NCBI GenBank assembly: GCA_963675525.2
Contig: CAXXSL010000013.1
Span: forward strand, 320,001 to 384,000
Direction: 5' to 3'
Source: Anaerohalosphaeraceae bacterium
Lineage (GTDB): Bacteria > Planctomycetota > Phycisphaerae > Sedimentisphaerales > Anaerohalosphaeraceae
Length of the DNA: 64,000 nt
How positions within the stretch are numbered: the stretch's first letter is position 1; each line of letters starts with the position of its first letter. Shown here piece after piece: positions 1 to 10,959 of the stretch. The notes under the pieces were generated by a model. That model did no database searches and had not been told where the DNA came from. It worked only from the letters and a program-made list of their open reading frames with translations. The translations under genes were made by a program, and so were the position numbers.

Positions 1-1434
1 TTATATTGGGCCTCCGAGATTAAGGCGATTTTATCGATGACAGGTCGATCCGCCTTTACAACCAATGAACAGGCGGTTTATGATTATCTGAATTTTGGCT
101 GGCGTGATCTGGATAACACCACCTTTTGGGAAGGGATCAATACTCTGCCGGCGGCATCCTGGACTTCCATCGATTTGTCCAAACCACCGGCTCATCAGCA
201 TTTATCAGAAAACCTGACGTCTTACTGGAAATTCCCCTCAAGCCGTTTAAGTTCACGCGACATTTCTTTTCGTGAGGCAATGACACAGTTTTCATCGCTT
301 TTCTCCGATGCGGTCAGAATCCGCTCCCGTGCGGATGCAAAAGTCGCATTCTCTTTAAGCGGCGGAATGGATTCCAGCTCCATTGTCGCCACGGCAGCCA
401 ACATTCTGCCCACCCGTTTTCGAACCTATTCCATTAAGTTTCCCGGCCAGCCTTATGACGAAGAACCGTTTGCACACAAGGTTTACCAGCGATACCCTGA
501 TATGATCGACTATCAAACCTATACCCCCGGCAATGAAGATTTCTGGCAAGTCGCAGATGATTTTATATGGCAACAGGAAGAGCCCTTTCATTGGCCGGAC
601 ACGGAATTGTTCCGCGCTTATCTTAGAAAAGCCCGCAAAGATGATTACAAAGTCGTTATTGTCGGCGGCGGCGGCGATGAACTTTTAGCGGGTTATCAGG
701 ACTATTTTTTTCCTCTCCTGATGCTCTTACGAGACCGTAACGCCTTGTTCTCCATGACGGCAAATCTTTTTCTCAGAACTTCTATCTGGCCCAAATATTG
801 TATTCGCAAACGACTCAGGATACTGAAAGATTTGTTCCTGCATCGTCAGGACAGCTTTCAAAAAGCCATCCCCCCTTCCTTCTTTAACCGAGGTGGACAA
901 TCTGTTGCAATTCCCTATCTTAAAGACACGCAGATCATGGACCGTATTCGGGATCGTCGGAACGAATTGTTTAAAAACTTCGATGAAATGTTGGTCGGCT
1001 ACATGTCTAATTGGTTAATGCAATACTGGCAAAGAAACACCGACAAATCTCATTTTAGCGTGCCGATCGAATCCCGGCGGCCGTTTTTAGATTACCGTTT
1101 GATTGATTTTATGTTTACGCTCCCGCCAGAGTATATCATGCATAACGGATGGACAAAATATATCCTGCGCAAATCCATCCATCCCTACCTGCCCAAAGAG
1201 GTGACATGGAGACGACAAAAACAGGGGATGCCGTTCAACACACAATCCTGGTTTACACATGCCAAGCCTATTGTACAAAGGCATCTGGAAACCGCAGGGG
1301 ACAATCCCTTTTTGAATGTCAGTACTTTTGCTGAAGATTATGATCTACTGCTGGAGAAAAACGCTCCTTTTCTTTGGCGAGGGATCAACCTGGTTTTATG
1401 GTGGAAAAGAGTCATTATGCAAACGCATTTATAA
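1..1434 (+). CDS. asnB: Asparagine synthase (glutamine-hydrolysing) family amidotransferase, 5'-truncated by window edge
   Basis: Frame open from base 1 (LYWASEIKAIL); motifs SLSGGMDSS, GGGGDELLAGY, ESRRPFLDYRLIDF, TKYILRK; polysaccharide-locus context. Confidence 0.9.
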   Translation, partial: LYWASEIKAILSMTGRSAFTTNEQAVYDYLNFGWRDLDNTTFWEGINTLPAASWTSIDLSKPPAHQHLSENLTSYWKFPSSRLSSRDISFREAMTQFSSLFSDAVRIRSRADAKVAFSLSGGMDSSSIVATAANILPTRFRTYSIKFPGQPYDEEPFAHKVYQRYPDMIDYQTYTPGNEDFWQVADDFIWQQEEPFHWPDTELFRAYLRKARKDDYKVVIVGGGGDELLAGYQDYFFPLLMLLRDRNALFSMTANLFLRTSIWPKYCIRKRLRILKDLFLHRQDSFQKAIPPSFFNRGGQSVAIPYLKDTQIMDRIRDRRNELFKNFDEMLVGYMSNWLMQYWQRNTDKSHFSVPIESRRPFLDYRLIDFMFTLPPEYIMHNGWTKYILRKSIHPYLPKEVTWRRQKQGMPFNTQSWFTHAKPIVQRHLETAGDNPFLNVSTFAEDYDLLLEKNAPFLWRGINLVLWWKRVIMQTHL

Positions 1435-1472
1435 ATCTCCAAAAACAAGACTGATAAAACGAATCGATTGCC

Positions 1473-3008
1473 ATGACAGAGAATAAGACTATTAAGACCT
1501 CAAAAGAAGAACCTGACCTTTATAAGCGCTCGATCAAGGGCGGCTACTGGGTCTTTGTGATCCGTTTCGCGACGCAATTCTTTGGGTTTGTAAAATCGAT
1601 CATTATTTTCAATTTCCTTTTCAAGGCAAACCTCGAACTGGTCATCATCGCAAACCTGCTGATGGCGCTATTGATCACCTCGACTGAAAGCGGATTTCAT
1701 GCAGCCCTTATCCAAAAAAAAGAGAATATCGAGGATTATTTAGATACCGCCTGGGTGATCGGTATTTTGCGGGGAATTCTCTTGTTTGCTTTAATCTATT
1801 TTCTTGCTCCCTTATTTGCATCATTTAAGGTGGACCCGGAAAACGTACCATTGGCGATATCGGTGATTCGTGCAATGGGAGTCTGTTTTCTGATTCAGGC
1901 ATTTCAGAATATTGGTGTCGTCTTCTTCCAGAAAGAACTGCAATTTCATAAGACCTTTTGGTTGACAATGGCCGGAACCTTGACGGATATTGTTCTCTCG
2001 ATCATTTTAGTGCTGATACTCAAAAGTGTTTGGGGGTATGTGATCGCCCGATTGGTCACAGCGGCTGTGAACCTGGCGATGACTTATCTGCTTTGCTCAT
2101 ATCGGCCACGATTTCATTTTGTGCCTCAAAAGGCTCGCGAGTTGTGGAAATTTGGTAAATGGCTGTTTGCAGGGAATATTATGGGATATCTGCTGAATGA
2201 AGGCGACGACTGGTTCGTATGGTTTTACCTGGGTGGCCAACCGCTGAAAATTTATCAATATGGATATCGATTTTCACATATGCCTTCAACGCACATTTCC
2301 GAGGTCATTTCTAAAATCAGCTTTCCGGCTTATTCAAAAATCCAAAACGACCTTCCACGACTAAGAGAAGCTTATTATAAAGTGGTTCGGATCACAGCAT
2401 TAATTTCTGCCCCGGCATCATTATTGATATTCATTTTATGCCCTGATTTCGTTCGATTATTTTTAGTGGAAGAATCGCAGGGCATCATACCCATCATACA
2501 GATACTTGCCCTGAGGGGCCTTCTCGGAGCTTTAGGCGCTACTCGAGGACCGCTCTTTAAAGCATCGGGAAGACCAAGTGCCGTATGGAAATTACGTTTT
2601 AGCGCAGTTATTCTTCTATCCGTTTTGATTTATCCCTGTACGGCCAGATGGGGAATTATTGGGACATCGGTTTTGACGCTGGGAATCGCAATTTTCGTCA
2701 ATTCGATCGGAATACACATTGCTAAAAATATAATAAAGTGCTCCGTATGGGACATACGTAAACCCACATATATTCCTTTAATTGCTTCCGTTTTGGTGGG
2801 CTTGATGATCATGACTATTAAAACAGTATTTGGAATAACAAGTTCATATTTATCCTTCGCTGTTATATCGGGAGCGTCCGTCTTAACTTACATTCTTATC
2901 GTTTATATCCTGGACCGTTTATTTCCCAGTGGTTTTCGTGCTATTATCGTGGAGCAATTAAAAGTTTTCCGCATCTTTGATAAACTTCTACCGGTGAAGG
3001 ACCCGTAA
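1473..3008 (+). CDS. wzx: Wzx/WzxC-type polysaccharide flippase
   Basis: Many TM segments; ESGFHAALIQKK, FFQKELQF, ELWKFGKW, ISFPAYSKIQND motifs. Confidence 0.85.
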   Translation: MTENKTIKTSKEEPDLYKRSIKGGYWVFVIRFATQFFGFVKSIIIFNFLFKANLELVIIANLLMALLITSTESGFHAALIQKKENIEDYLDTAWVIGILRGILLFALIYFLAPLFASFKVDPENVPLAISVIRAMGVCFLIQAFQNIGVVFFQKELQFHKTFWLTMAGTLTDIVLSIILVLILKSVWGYVIARLVTAAVNLAMTYLLCSYRPRFHFVPQKARELWKFGKWLFAGNIMGYLLNEGDDWFVWFYLGGQPLKIYQYGYRFSHMPSTHISEVISKISFPAYSKIQNDLPRLREAYYKVVRITALISAPASLLIFILCPDFVRLFLVEESQGIIPIIQILALRGLLGALGATRGPLFKASGRPSAVWKLRFSAVILLSVLIYPCTARWGIIGTSVLTLGIAIFVNSIGIHIAKNIIKCSVWDIRKPTYIPLIASVLVGLMIMTIKTVFGITSSYLSFAVISGASVLTYILIVYILDRLFPSGFRAIIVEQLKVFRIFDKLLPVKDP

Positions 3009-3141
3009 TTCTACACAGGAATATGGCTTTTTTTCTTGCCATTTTATAGATATCCGATAATATCTGAGAGATGCTGATACAAGCATAACAACTTCTTTTG
3101 TCGCCAAGTTGAGTTTGACGATTACGATGAGGACCGGTAAG

Positions 3142-3999
3142 ATGTTTCAAAGGGCAAAAAGATTAAGCAGCCAAATTAAACGTTATTTCCACCAAATGAA
3201 TAACTTTGCGGAGTTGAATAAGAAACTCACAATCGAGTCTTTTCAAAATATTTATCGTTCATGTAACAGCAAAAGCCTTATTCCGTCCGGCCACAAAGTG
3301 TATTCTAAAAACGAAGAAGACGGTTTTATCCAGGAAATTTTTAAACGAATCGGCACAACAAACAAAACATTCGTCGAGATAGGAGTCGACAACGGTTTAG
3401 AAAACAACACGCTAGCCTTATTATTTGAGGACTGGAAAGGGTTGTGGATAGAAGGGTCTGTTGAGAACGTAGACAAGATAAGAAATGGTTTTTCTAAAAC
3501 GATATCAACGGGCCAGCTTGAGGTCATTCAGGCCTTTGTAACCAGGGACAATATTAACGCCTTAATTTCTCAACATATTAAAGAGGCCGAGATTGATTTA
3601 CTCTCGATTGACATTGATGGAAATGACTACCATGTCTATAAAAGCATTTCTTGCCTGAAACCCCGCGTTTTAATTCTTGAATACAATGCCAAGTTTCCTC
3701 CCCCTATTCAGTATTGCATGGCGTATGATCCCGGTCATATTTGGGAGGGAACAGATAATTTTGGTGCTTCTCTAAAATTCCTCGAAACCAAGCTGCAAGA
3801 AGATGGGTACTTACTTGTCGGGTGCAATCTGACCGGCGGAAATGCTTTTTTTGTGCAGGAACAATTGGTTGAAGATCGATTCCAGAGTCCTTTTACGGCA
3901 GAAACCCATTATCAACCCGCACGTCTGGAATTGGGTGAATTTCGTTCGGGGCACCGTCCTGCCTATAAAACATTGGAAAATCGGCTCAAGGAATTATAA
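3142..3999 (+). CDS. FkbM-like methyltransferase-fold protein
   Basis: YSKNEEDG, FVEIGVDNGLENNT, DLLSIDIDGNDY, GASL, GGNAFFV; ATG 3142 chosen for its upstream GAGGA. Confidence 0.7.
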   Translation: MFQRAKRLSSQIKRYFHQMNNFAELNKKLTIESFQNIYRSCNSKSLIPSGHKVYSKNEEDGFIQEIFKRIGTTNKTFVEIGVDNGLENNTLALLFEDWKGLWIEGSVENVDKIRNGFSKTISTGQLEVIQAFVTRDNINALISQHIKEAEIDLLSIDIDGNDYHVYKSISCLKPRVLILEYNAKFPPPIQYCMAYDPGHIWEGTDNFGASLKFLETKLQEDGYLLVGCNLTGGNAFFVQEQLVEDRFQSPFTAETHYQPARLELGEFRSGHRPAYKTLENRLKEL

Positions 4000-4044
4000 A
4001 TCAGCAGGAAGTCAGATCGCACAAAATACTGGAATCATTATATC

Positions 4045-4707
4045 ATGAGAAATAAATTAAAACGTTTTTTTTCCAAGCCATATCGAGAATGTACCCATGG
4101 AGACATGATAAAGAACTTTCTTTCTCAGTATCCTCCTCAGCAAACATCTCCTGTTTTTGTGGAACTCGGTGCGGGCTTCACAACCGCAGAGCTTGCCGAA
4201 TTGGCACGTTTACACAATGCAACTTTTTATTCGTGCGACAGCAATTCTGAAAAAATCAAAGACTTAAAAATTCGCCTCAGCAATAACGCAGATAATATCG
4301 ATTTTTTAATTGGTGACAGTTTGGAATCACTTTCCGCGATCAGCCAACAGCACAACCAAATCCATTTTGTGTTTTTTGATTCGGCACCTTCAGCAATGCA
4401 CACTTTCCATGAGTTTTCGATCATCGAGAAGAATCTGAAACCGGATTCATGCATTTTAATTGATAACGCCTGCATCCCGGAGGAAAAAGCAATATTGACC
4501 CCTTGCAGAAAAGGAAAAATATTAGTGCCTTATCTGCTGGCATCTCCAAATTGGCAGGTCTTCGGTCATCCCCATGCAGGGGACAGCATGGTGTCTGCAA
4601 TTTATAAATCCGAGCCCATCTACAGTGACCCGGCTTATGAATTATCCGGCTGGATAGACAGCTGGAAGTATAATGATCAGGGAGAGGCGGGCACTCATGA
4701 GATTTGA
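4045..4707 (+). CDS. Class I SAM-dependent methyltransferase-like protein
   Basis: VFVELGAGFTT, IGDSLE, HFVFFDS, ILIDN motifs. Confidence 0.65.
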   Translation: MRNKLKRFFSKPYRECTHGDMIKNFLSQYPPQQTSPVFVELGAGFTTAELAELARLHNATFYSCDSNSEKIKDLKIRLSNNADNIDFLIGDSLESLSAISQQHNQIHFVFFDSAPSAMHTFHEFSIIEKNLKPDSCILIDNACIPEEKAILTPCRKGKILVPYLLASPNWQVFGHPHAGDSMVSAIYKSEPIYSDPAYELSGWIDSWKYNDQGEAGTHEI

Positions 4708-4724
4708 CAAAGACTGATGGGCTG

Positions 4725-6338
4725 CTATAAGTAGCCGAGATCTTCAAGTTGTTTTTCGACCGCAGATTGGTCGTCATTCGAGTAGCCGGAGTCGTCTTTT
4801 TCAAAATCCACCGATTTTTTATATTCAACATTCATGGAATCTTTGAAAGCCCCCAGCAAAACGTTGCCGTCCATATGGTCAGGCACCGAAACTCCAAGGT
4901 AAGCCAATATTGTTGGCGCGATAGACACAATTTCAGAATTCAGCATTGAACCCGATTTAACCTGTGGACCGTTTAGAACAAACATTCCATCCTGTTCATG
5001 GGTTCCCGTTTGTTTGCCGTTGACAATTCCAGACTTCACGACCATTTCATCTTCCGGGTTTATTCGAGCTTCAACGCCCGGCATTAAATGAATCATATAA
5101 TCCGGGCTAAAGGAGTCTGTCTCTGAATGTGCGGACAATTCTTTTATCGGTTCTATTGACGTGATTACCGGTTCTGAAGAGCATGGACCATATTCGGCCA
5201 GCAGCTTGCCGATCATCGCTTCCACTTGGTTCTCACGGGTCCTGTCCGTAATGTACAACGACCCGCTCATTCCGCCCAAGCAAAAGGCCAGAGACCGGTC
5301 TATATCGATTATTTCTCTGATGTGCCTGACAACTTTTTCTGCATACAGTTCAGCAAAGCGGTCGGTCTTCCGGAAAGCCGTTAATCGTTCTTTACCGTGT
5401 CCATAATACTTCGCCAGAAGTTTTAAAATCGGAAATTTCGCCTTAAGCCGTTCTTTTGCAACCTTCGTTGACGGATCTTTCTTTGATGAATGATAAATAA
5501 GATAGCCGTTTTGAGAAAGCCATGTGTTAATGCCAATTTCCGCTTTTTTAGAACAAAAACCGTGATCGGAAGCAATAACAGTTAAAACAGATTCTCCGGC
5601 AACATCAACAAGCTGCTTTAACAGGCTGTCTATATTCTTATAGAATTCAATGGCCTGACCGTAATCGGTTTCGGTATAACCTTCTGCATCAGGATCTAAT
5701 GCCCACCAGTTTTTGTGCTGAAAAGCATCCGTGCTTTGGATTTGAATGGAGAACAAGTCCCAATCCGGCTCTTTCATAAGTTCAAGTGCCAGAGCACCGC
5801 GCACTTTTTCTGTGCTGATAGCCTTGGAAATATAATCACTAAGGCAGGCCTGGGGCTTGTTGTTAACGATTAAATAGTCAGGACGAGACTTAAGATATTT
5901 GTGATAGATGACGGGCGGATGAACCGTTTCTTTTGAGAGTTTCGGACAAGTCAGCCCCGGAATAATGATGCCATTGACCAAGGGAGGGGGACTTGTCATG
6001 GGCATGTTGATACTAATAATTTTCTTTCCTGCATCATTTAATAATTCCCAAATTGTTGGGACCCTGATTTCACGAAAACTATTCAACCTTATCTGTCGTG
6101 TCTTTCTGGAATATCCGTGAAAGGCAAATATACCCGTTTTGTTCGGATAACACCCCGTCTGAAAGCTTGACCAGGCCGGACTTGTTTCATAAGGAAGAAC
6201 ACTTTTAAGCGTTCCATGACAACCCATTTCCATGAGTTTAGAAAGGCAGGGCATGTGGCCTTCCCGGGCCAGCTTCCTGCCGATCCTCCAGGTAAATCCA
6301 TCCAGGCCGATGATCAAGACACGTTTGGATTCTTCCAT
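4725..6338 (-). CDS. Alkaline phosphatase superfamily / type I phosphodiesterase-nucleotide pyrophosphatase
   Basis: IIGLDG, PYETSPAWSSFQTG, ASDHGF, GTHEQDG, IAPTIL, C-terminal QLEDLGYL. Confidence 0.85.
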   Translation of the reverse strand: MEESKRVLIIGLDGFTWRIGRKLAREGHMPCLSKLMEMGCHGTLKSVLPYETSPAWSSFQTGCYPNKTGIFAFHGYSRKTRQIRLNSFREIRVPTIWELLNDAGKKIISINMPMTSPPPLVNGIIIPGLTCPKLSKETVHPPVIYHKYLKSRPDYLIVNNKPQACLSDYISKAISTEKVRGALALELMKEPDWDLFSIQIQSTDAFQHKNWWALDPDAEGYTETDYGQAIEFYKNIDSLLKQLVDVAGESVLTVIASDHGFCSKKAEIGINTWLSQNGYLIYHSSKKDPSTKVAKERLKAKFPILKLLAKYYGHGKERLTAFRKTDRFAELYAEKVVRHIREIIDIDRSLAFCLGGMSGSLYITDRTRENQVEAMIGKLLAEYGPCSSEPVITSIEPIKELSAHSETDSFSPDYMIHLMPGVEARINPEDEMVVKSGIVNGKQTGTHEQDGMFVLNGPQVKSGSMLNSEIVSIAPTILAYLGVSVPDHMDGNVLLGAFKDSMNVEYKKSVDFEKDDSGYSNDDQSAVEKQLEDLGYL

Positions 6339-6463
6339 TTTCCTGACTTCAAAATAAATAGAGATGGTCTATTTTCATTGACGGTATATACCTGTGTGTT
6401 ATACTATATCATCAAACAGCTATAGTCAACTTCAATATGTTAAAATGTAATGGTTTATAAAAG

Positions 6464-7687
6464 ATGAAAATAGCCTTTGTCGTCGGTCGGTTTCCAGCGC
6501 TATCAGAGAGCTTTATTGTTCAGCAGATCACGGCTCTGATAGACCAGGATCAGACTGTCTTGATTTTTTCATTCAATCAATCTCAACAAACAGAGATACA
6601 AAAAGACGTCATTGACTACAAACTGATCGAAAAGACAACCTATCTGACACCCCCAAAAAAGAAATGGCATCTGAGATTAAAAGGGATTTGTTGGTTCTTC
6701 AGTATTTTTTTCCATTCTCCGGGAAGTGCTTTTTCGCTCATTCACTGCTTTTCAAAAAAAAGAGTTTTTTGTTACCCGGCTCTCATGTTACTTTATGAAT
6801 ACTTCAAGGACAAACCCGATGCCTTTCATGCTCACTTCGGACCCAATGCGATCCCATTGCTTTGGCTAAAGAAAGCCGGGGTAAACGTAAAACTTATCAC
6901 GACTTTCCATGGGTACGATGTCAGTGTTTATGTCCGTCAGCATGGTCAGGATGTTTATCAGGAACTTTTTGAATACGGAGATCTGTTCACCTATAACAGC
7001 GAAGCGACCAAGAAAAAATTATTGGAATTAGGCTGCCCTGTGGAAAGAATGGTGAAGTTGCCCATGGCGGTCAATATCGACAACATTGCGTTTAAGCCCA
7101 GACATCACGACCCTGCTGACACCGTTCACATCTTAAGTGTTGGAAGACTGGTTGAAATGAAAGGCCGCGAATATGCTGTCAAAGCGATTGCACAATTAAA
7201 GGACAAGTATTCTATTCGGTACGATATCGTTGGAGATGGCCCGCTACATGATGATTTACACAAATTAATCGTTGATTTGGGACTTCAAGATGCGGTCAAG
7301 CTATGGGGGTGGGTAAGCACCGACCAATTAAAACAACTATACCAGAACGCCCATTTATTTGTGCATCCAAGCATCACGTCTTCCAACGGAAACCAGGAAG
7401 GACAGGGAGTTGTCCTGCTTGAGGCGCAAGCACATGGAATTCCTGTCATTGCAACAGAGCACGGGGCCTTTCCCGACAGCCTTAGGGATGGATTGACCGG
7501 ATACTTGGTTCCTGAAAAAGACACACAGGCACTGGTTGAAAGAATTGACGCGCTCATCTCGGATTCTCATCTGTGGCCTCAAATGGGCAGGGAAGGACGT
7601 CGTTTTGTTGAAACAAACTTCAATGCGAAGACATTGAATAAAAAACTATTAGACCTTTACCGTACTGTTTTGAGCGATTTCAAATAG
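6464..7687 (+). CDS. Glycosyltransferase family 4 (WcaL-like)
   Basis: FPALSESFI, HAHFG, TTFHGYD, VGRLVEMKG, EGQGVVLLEAQAHGIPV. Confidence 0.9.
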   Translation: MKIAFVVGRFPALSESFIVQQITALIDQDQTVLIFSFNQSQQTEIQKDVIDYKLIEKTTYLTPPKKKWHLRLKGICWFFSIFFHSPGSAFSLIHCFSKKRVFCYPALMLLYEYFKDKPDAFHAHFGPNAIPLLWLKKAGVNVKLITTFHGYDVSVYVRQHGQDVYQELFEYGDLFTYNSEATKKKLLELGCPVERMVKLPMAVNIDNIAFKPRHHDPADTVHILSVGRLVEMKGREYAVKAIAQLKDKYSIRYDIVGDGPLHDDLHKLIVDLGLQDAVKLWGWVSTDQLKQLYQNAHLFVHPSITSSNGNQEGQGVVLLEAQAHGIPVIATEHGAFPDSLRDGLTGYLVPEKDTQALVERIDALISDSHLWPQMGREGRRFVETNFNAKTLNKKLLDLYRTVLSDFK

Positions 7688-7791
7688 ACATAAGCAGTCT
7701 GCGTACGATAAACTGATGGTTTTTCATACAACGCGGTAAATCCCAAAATTGTGCCGTATATAATTGAGCCGATACCTATGGAGCATACAAA

Positions 7792-7825
7792 AAAACTCCC
7801 GTGAATAATCATTCACGGGAGTTTT
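7792..7825. terminator. Bidirectional intrinsic terminator
   Basis: Perfect hairpin aaaactcccgtgaat-aatc-attcacgggagtttt between convergent genes, with A/T tails. Confidence 0.8.
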
Positions 7826-7856
7826 AAACTTATTCACTTAACTATTAATTCTGCTG

Positions 7857-8867
7857 CTAGGGCCTTTGCGCTGTTCTTGAGTCGTCATTCACCAGGTAGG
7901 AATCATCCCTGGCACCGAGCCCTGCAGGGACTCCAGGCTGGATCGCCAAATTATGATCTGGGTTCGTCATGGTACCGGCAAATCCGCCTCTAACCATGTC
8001 TTCAGCAGTTCCGCCGCCGCCACGAGGTACATAGATTGCATCATGTTTCATGCCGACATCCGGCGTCTTTTCGAAACTGGCATGGCCATCTGCAAACAGA
8101 ACATTCTGACCTTCCCGGTCATGAGGTTGAGAGTTTGCACCTCGTACTCCCGGAGATGATTCATTGAATGCCGAATTTTGCACATAGTAATTACCGATCC
8201 TGCAGATACCGTCTGTAAGATTAACATTATCCATTTGAGCGGCAGTCAGCAATTGCCCACTATTAAATTTGTAATCGAAATATGGATTCTTGTCAGCCAT
8301 TATAGCAAATGATGCCGAAAGAGTTCCAGTGGCCGCATACTGGCTTTTTGCACCAGTGGGGCCGTAGGGCTGATGATATGAATAACTGACATGCTGATAG
8401 GGATAGCCGGATTCGACCGCTAACGGTTCAGCCCCAAAATCCCAGAGTTGTACGATATCAAGCGGTGGATTTTGCGTATTTGTACCGTCGTATTCTTCCT
8501 GATCGCTCGCAGGGCAAACGAAAGATTTCGGACTGACATCCGCTTCCCGGACAAGCAGGTACAAGCTGGCACCGATTGTAATCCCGGAGGCCTGTGTACG
8601 CCAATTAAGAGAGGGATTCTGGAAACCCGGTGTGTACCAACCCCACGTAAGAGTCGGATTACCTCCGCCCTGTACGGCATACTCATCGTCGTAGTCATTG
8701 GAATAAACGGTTTGTGCGGTACCCAAACCCTTCAGGTTGGTTCCGCAGATGACACGCATGGCGATCTTCTTGACCTTGCTCAGTGCCGGCAGCAGAATCG
8801 CCATCAACATCGCGATGATCGCAATTACGACCAACAGCTCAATTAATGTAAAACCTTTCTTCTTCAT
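7857..8867 (-). CDS. Prepilin-type N-terminal cleavage/methylation protein with H-X9-DG motif (DUF1559-like)
   Basis: [41 protein letters not shown]. Confidence 0.9.
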   Translation of the reverse strand: MKKKGFTLIELLVVIAIIAMLMAILLPALSKVKKIAMRVICGTNLKGLGTAQTVYSNDYDDEYAVQGGGNPTLTWGWYTPGFQNPSLNWRTQASGITIGASLYLLVREADVSPKSFVCPASDQEEYDGTNTQNPPLDIVQLWDFGAEPLAVESGYPYQHVSYSYHQPYGPTGAKSQYAATGTLSASFAIMADKNPYFDYKFNSGQLLTAAQMDNVNLTDGICRIGNYYVQNSAFNESSPGVRGANSQPHDREGQNVLFADGHASFEKTPDVGMKHDAIYVPRGGGGTAEDMVRGGFAGTMTNPDHNLAIQPGVPAGLGARDDSYLVNDDSRTAQRP

Positions 8868-9312
8868 TTTTACAACTCCTTTCAGGTAAGATCTACTTCA
8901 ATCACCTTCGGCCAGACCGAAAATCCTATAATTGCCGTTTTTTTGCCCCCACGCAGGGCATTGTCGAAACTGTGTAAATCCTACCGGTTAACAATACGTT
9001 TCACCGAAGGTGAATTTCAGTTATTGCGCGTTCACAAAACACAAATCTATATTACAAGAGATGAGAAACTACTGACATGTTCACGGGAGATGAAAAGAGT
9101 GTTTATCGTATAATAGCTTTAAAATATATTACTTTTCCGTGAATCCTGTCGGTTCTCTCTACTATCTCGCTACTATCAATATACCTCAGTCCAATAATAA
9201 TGTCAAGTAAAATTCTATACGAAAAGGATTCTTGCAATTTTTTTTTAATTCTGTATAGAATAGGCGTCAAATTCAACAAATGATCTATGGAATCAACCTG
9301 AAGGGTATAGAA

Positions 9313-10743
9313 ATGAATCAAATCGCTGATTTTGGTGTCTTAAATGCCGATCTTTGTAGGATTGGACAAAGCCATATATTACATTATTTAGATACATTAA
9401 CCCCAGATAAAGCCGCATCATTGCTGGTACAAGTCAAAAATCTGGATTTTTTCAGGATTCCGGCTTGGGTCGAGAAATACGTTTTGACTGATGGCTCCCT
9501 CAAGGTGCCGGAGCAATTTGACCCTGCTCCGTCCTATCCGGCTGTTCCCAATACGAGCGAGCAACAGGAAAAATACGCCAAAGCCGTTCAATTGGGCGAA
9601 AACCTGATCCGGCAAGGGAAAGTCGCAGGCTTTGTCGTCGCCGGCGGACAGGGAACCCGACTGGGATTCGACGGTCCCAAGGGCAATTACCCCATCAGCC
9701 CTATTAAGAAAAAAACACTGTTCCAGATTTTTGCCGAAAATTTGCTTGCGGCATCCAAAAAATATGGCGCAACCATTCCCTTCTATATCATGACCAGTCC
9801 GCTGAACCACGCTGCAACGGTCGACCTCTTTAAATCAGCCGATTACTACGGCTTGGGACAGGATAATATTATCATTTTTCAACAGGGAACGCTGCCCAAC
9901 TTCGGTTTTGACGGCAAGATCCTGATGGCCGACAAAGACCGTATCGCCACCAGCCCGGACGGCCACGGCGGCAGTCTTAAGGCCCTCTATAACAGCGGTG
10001 CCGTCACGGACATGAAAAATCGCGGTGTCGAGTACCTCAGTTACTGGCAGGTGGACAACCCGCTGATCCACCTGGTCGACCCGCTGTTCGTCGGCCTGCA
10101 CGTGATGGACAAGGCAGGCATGAGTTCCAAGGCTCTGCTGAAAGTCGGCCCACTGGAAAAGGTCGGTAACTTTTGCCTGGTGGATGGCAAGGTTACGGTC
10201 ATTGAATACAGCGACCTGCCCGACGAAGCGGCCCATCGCACCTGCGAAGACGGATCGCTGGCGTTCGAACTGGGCTCGATCGGCATCCATATGATCAGCG
10301 TAGCATTTATTGAAAAGCTGAATGCTGACGGGGACTTCGCCCTTCCATTCCACAGAGCCGTCAAGAAAATTCCGCATATCGACGCAAACGGCCAACTCAT
10401 TAAGCCTGAGAAGCCGAACGGCATTAAACTGGAAACATTCGTTTTTGACGCAATTCCCATGGCGGATAATTCGGTCATCCTGCAAACCCGTCGCGAAGAA
10501 GAATTCGCCCCGGTCAAGAATGCCACCGGGGTGGATAGTGCCAAAGTGACGCATCAGATGATGATCGACCGGGCGGCGGCGTGGCTGGAAGCGGCCGGTA
10601 TTACGGTACCCCGCAAATCGGACGGTACGCCGGACTGTGTATTGGAAATCGCCCCCAGCTTTGCACTGACCGCCGAAGAAGTAGAAAACAAAATCGACCG
10701 GATTCCGGAAATCACCGCAGGGACCGAATTGTATCTTGCGTAA
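9313..10743 (+). CDS. UDP-N-acetylglucosamine pyrophosphorylase (UDPGP/UAP family)
   Basis: AGGQGTRLGFDGPKG, PDGHGG, QVDNP, VIEYSD, KLETFVFD, FAPVKN. Confidence 0.9.
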   Translation: MNQIADFGVLNADLCRIGQSHILHYLDTLTPDKAASLLVQVKNLDFFRIPAWVEKYVLTDGSLKVPEQFDPAPSYPAVPNTSEQQEKYAKAVQLGENLIRQGKVAGFVVAGGQGTRLGFDGPKGNYPISPIKKKTLFQIFAENLLAASKKYGATIPFYIMTSPLNHAATVDLFKSADYYGLGQDNIIIFQQGTLPNFGFDGKILMADKDRIATSPDGHGGSLKALYNSGAVTDMKNRGVEYLSYWQVDNPLIHLVDPLFVGLHVMDKAGMSSKALLKVGPLEKVGNFCLVDGKVTVIEYSDLPDEAAHRTCEDGSLAFELGSIGIHMISVAFIEKLNADGDFALPFHRAVKKIPHIDANGQLIKPEKPNGIKLETFVFDAIPMADNSVILQTRREEEFAPVKNATGVDSAKVTHQMMIDRAAAWLEAAGITVPRKSDGTPDCVLEIAPSFALTAEEVENKIDRIPEITAGTELYLA

Positions 10744-10774
10744 ACGCACTTATTGAAATTCAGGTGATTAGCGG

Positions 10775-10959
10775 ATGTCCCGTTCCCGGTTTGGCGAGTT
10801 CGCCGGCCAGTTTGACGTGCTGGGCCTCGCCGCCGGAGATGATCGTGCTGGACTGTCCGAAGGTCATATACCCCAGGCCAACATCACAGAGGGCTTTGAT
10901 CGGCCGGATGATCTTGGGGAAGTTGACGAAAGACCGTTTGGCTTCTTCTATCCGGATGT
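10775..10959 (-). pseudogene. Decayed 185-bp duplicate of an internal uvrA segment (11896-12080)
   Basis: Manual alignment: 12 mismatches in 185 bp, no gaps; one change makes a TAG in the uvrA frame. Confidence 0.9.

Noticed and set aside
8868..9100. c-di-GMP riboswitch upstream of the pilin-like gene
   Set aside because: Conserved GEMM motifs not seen
9835..10749. 304-aa minus-strand ORF
   Set aside because: Antisense shadow of the pyrophosphorylase gene
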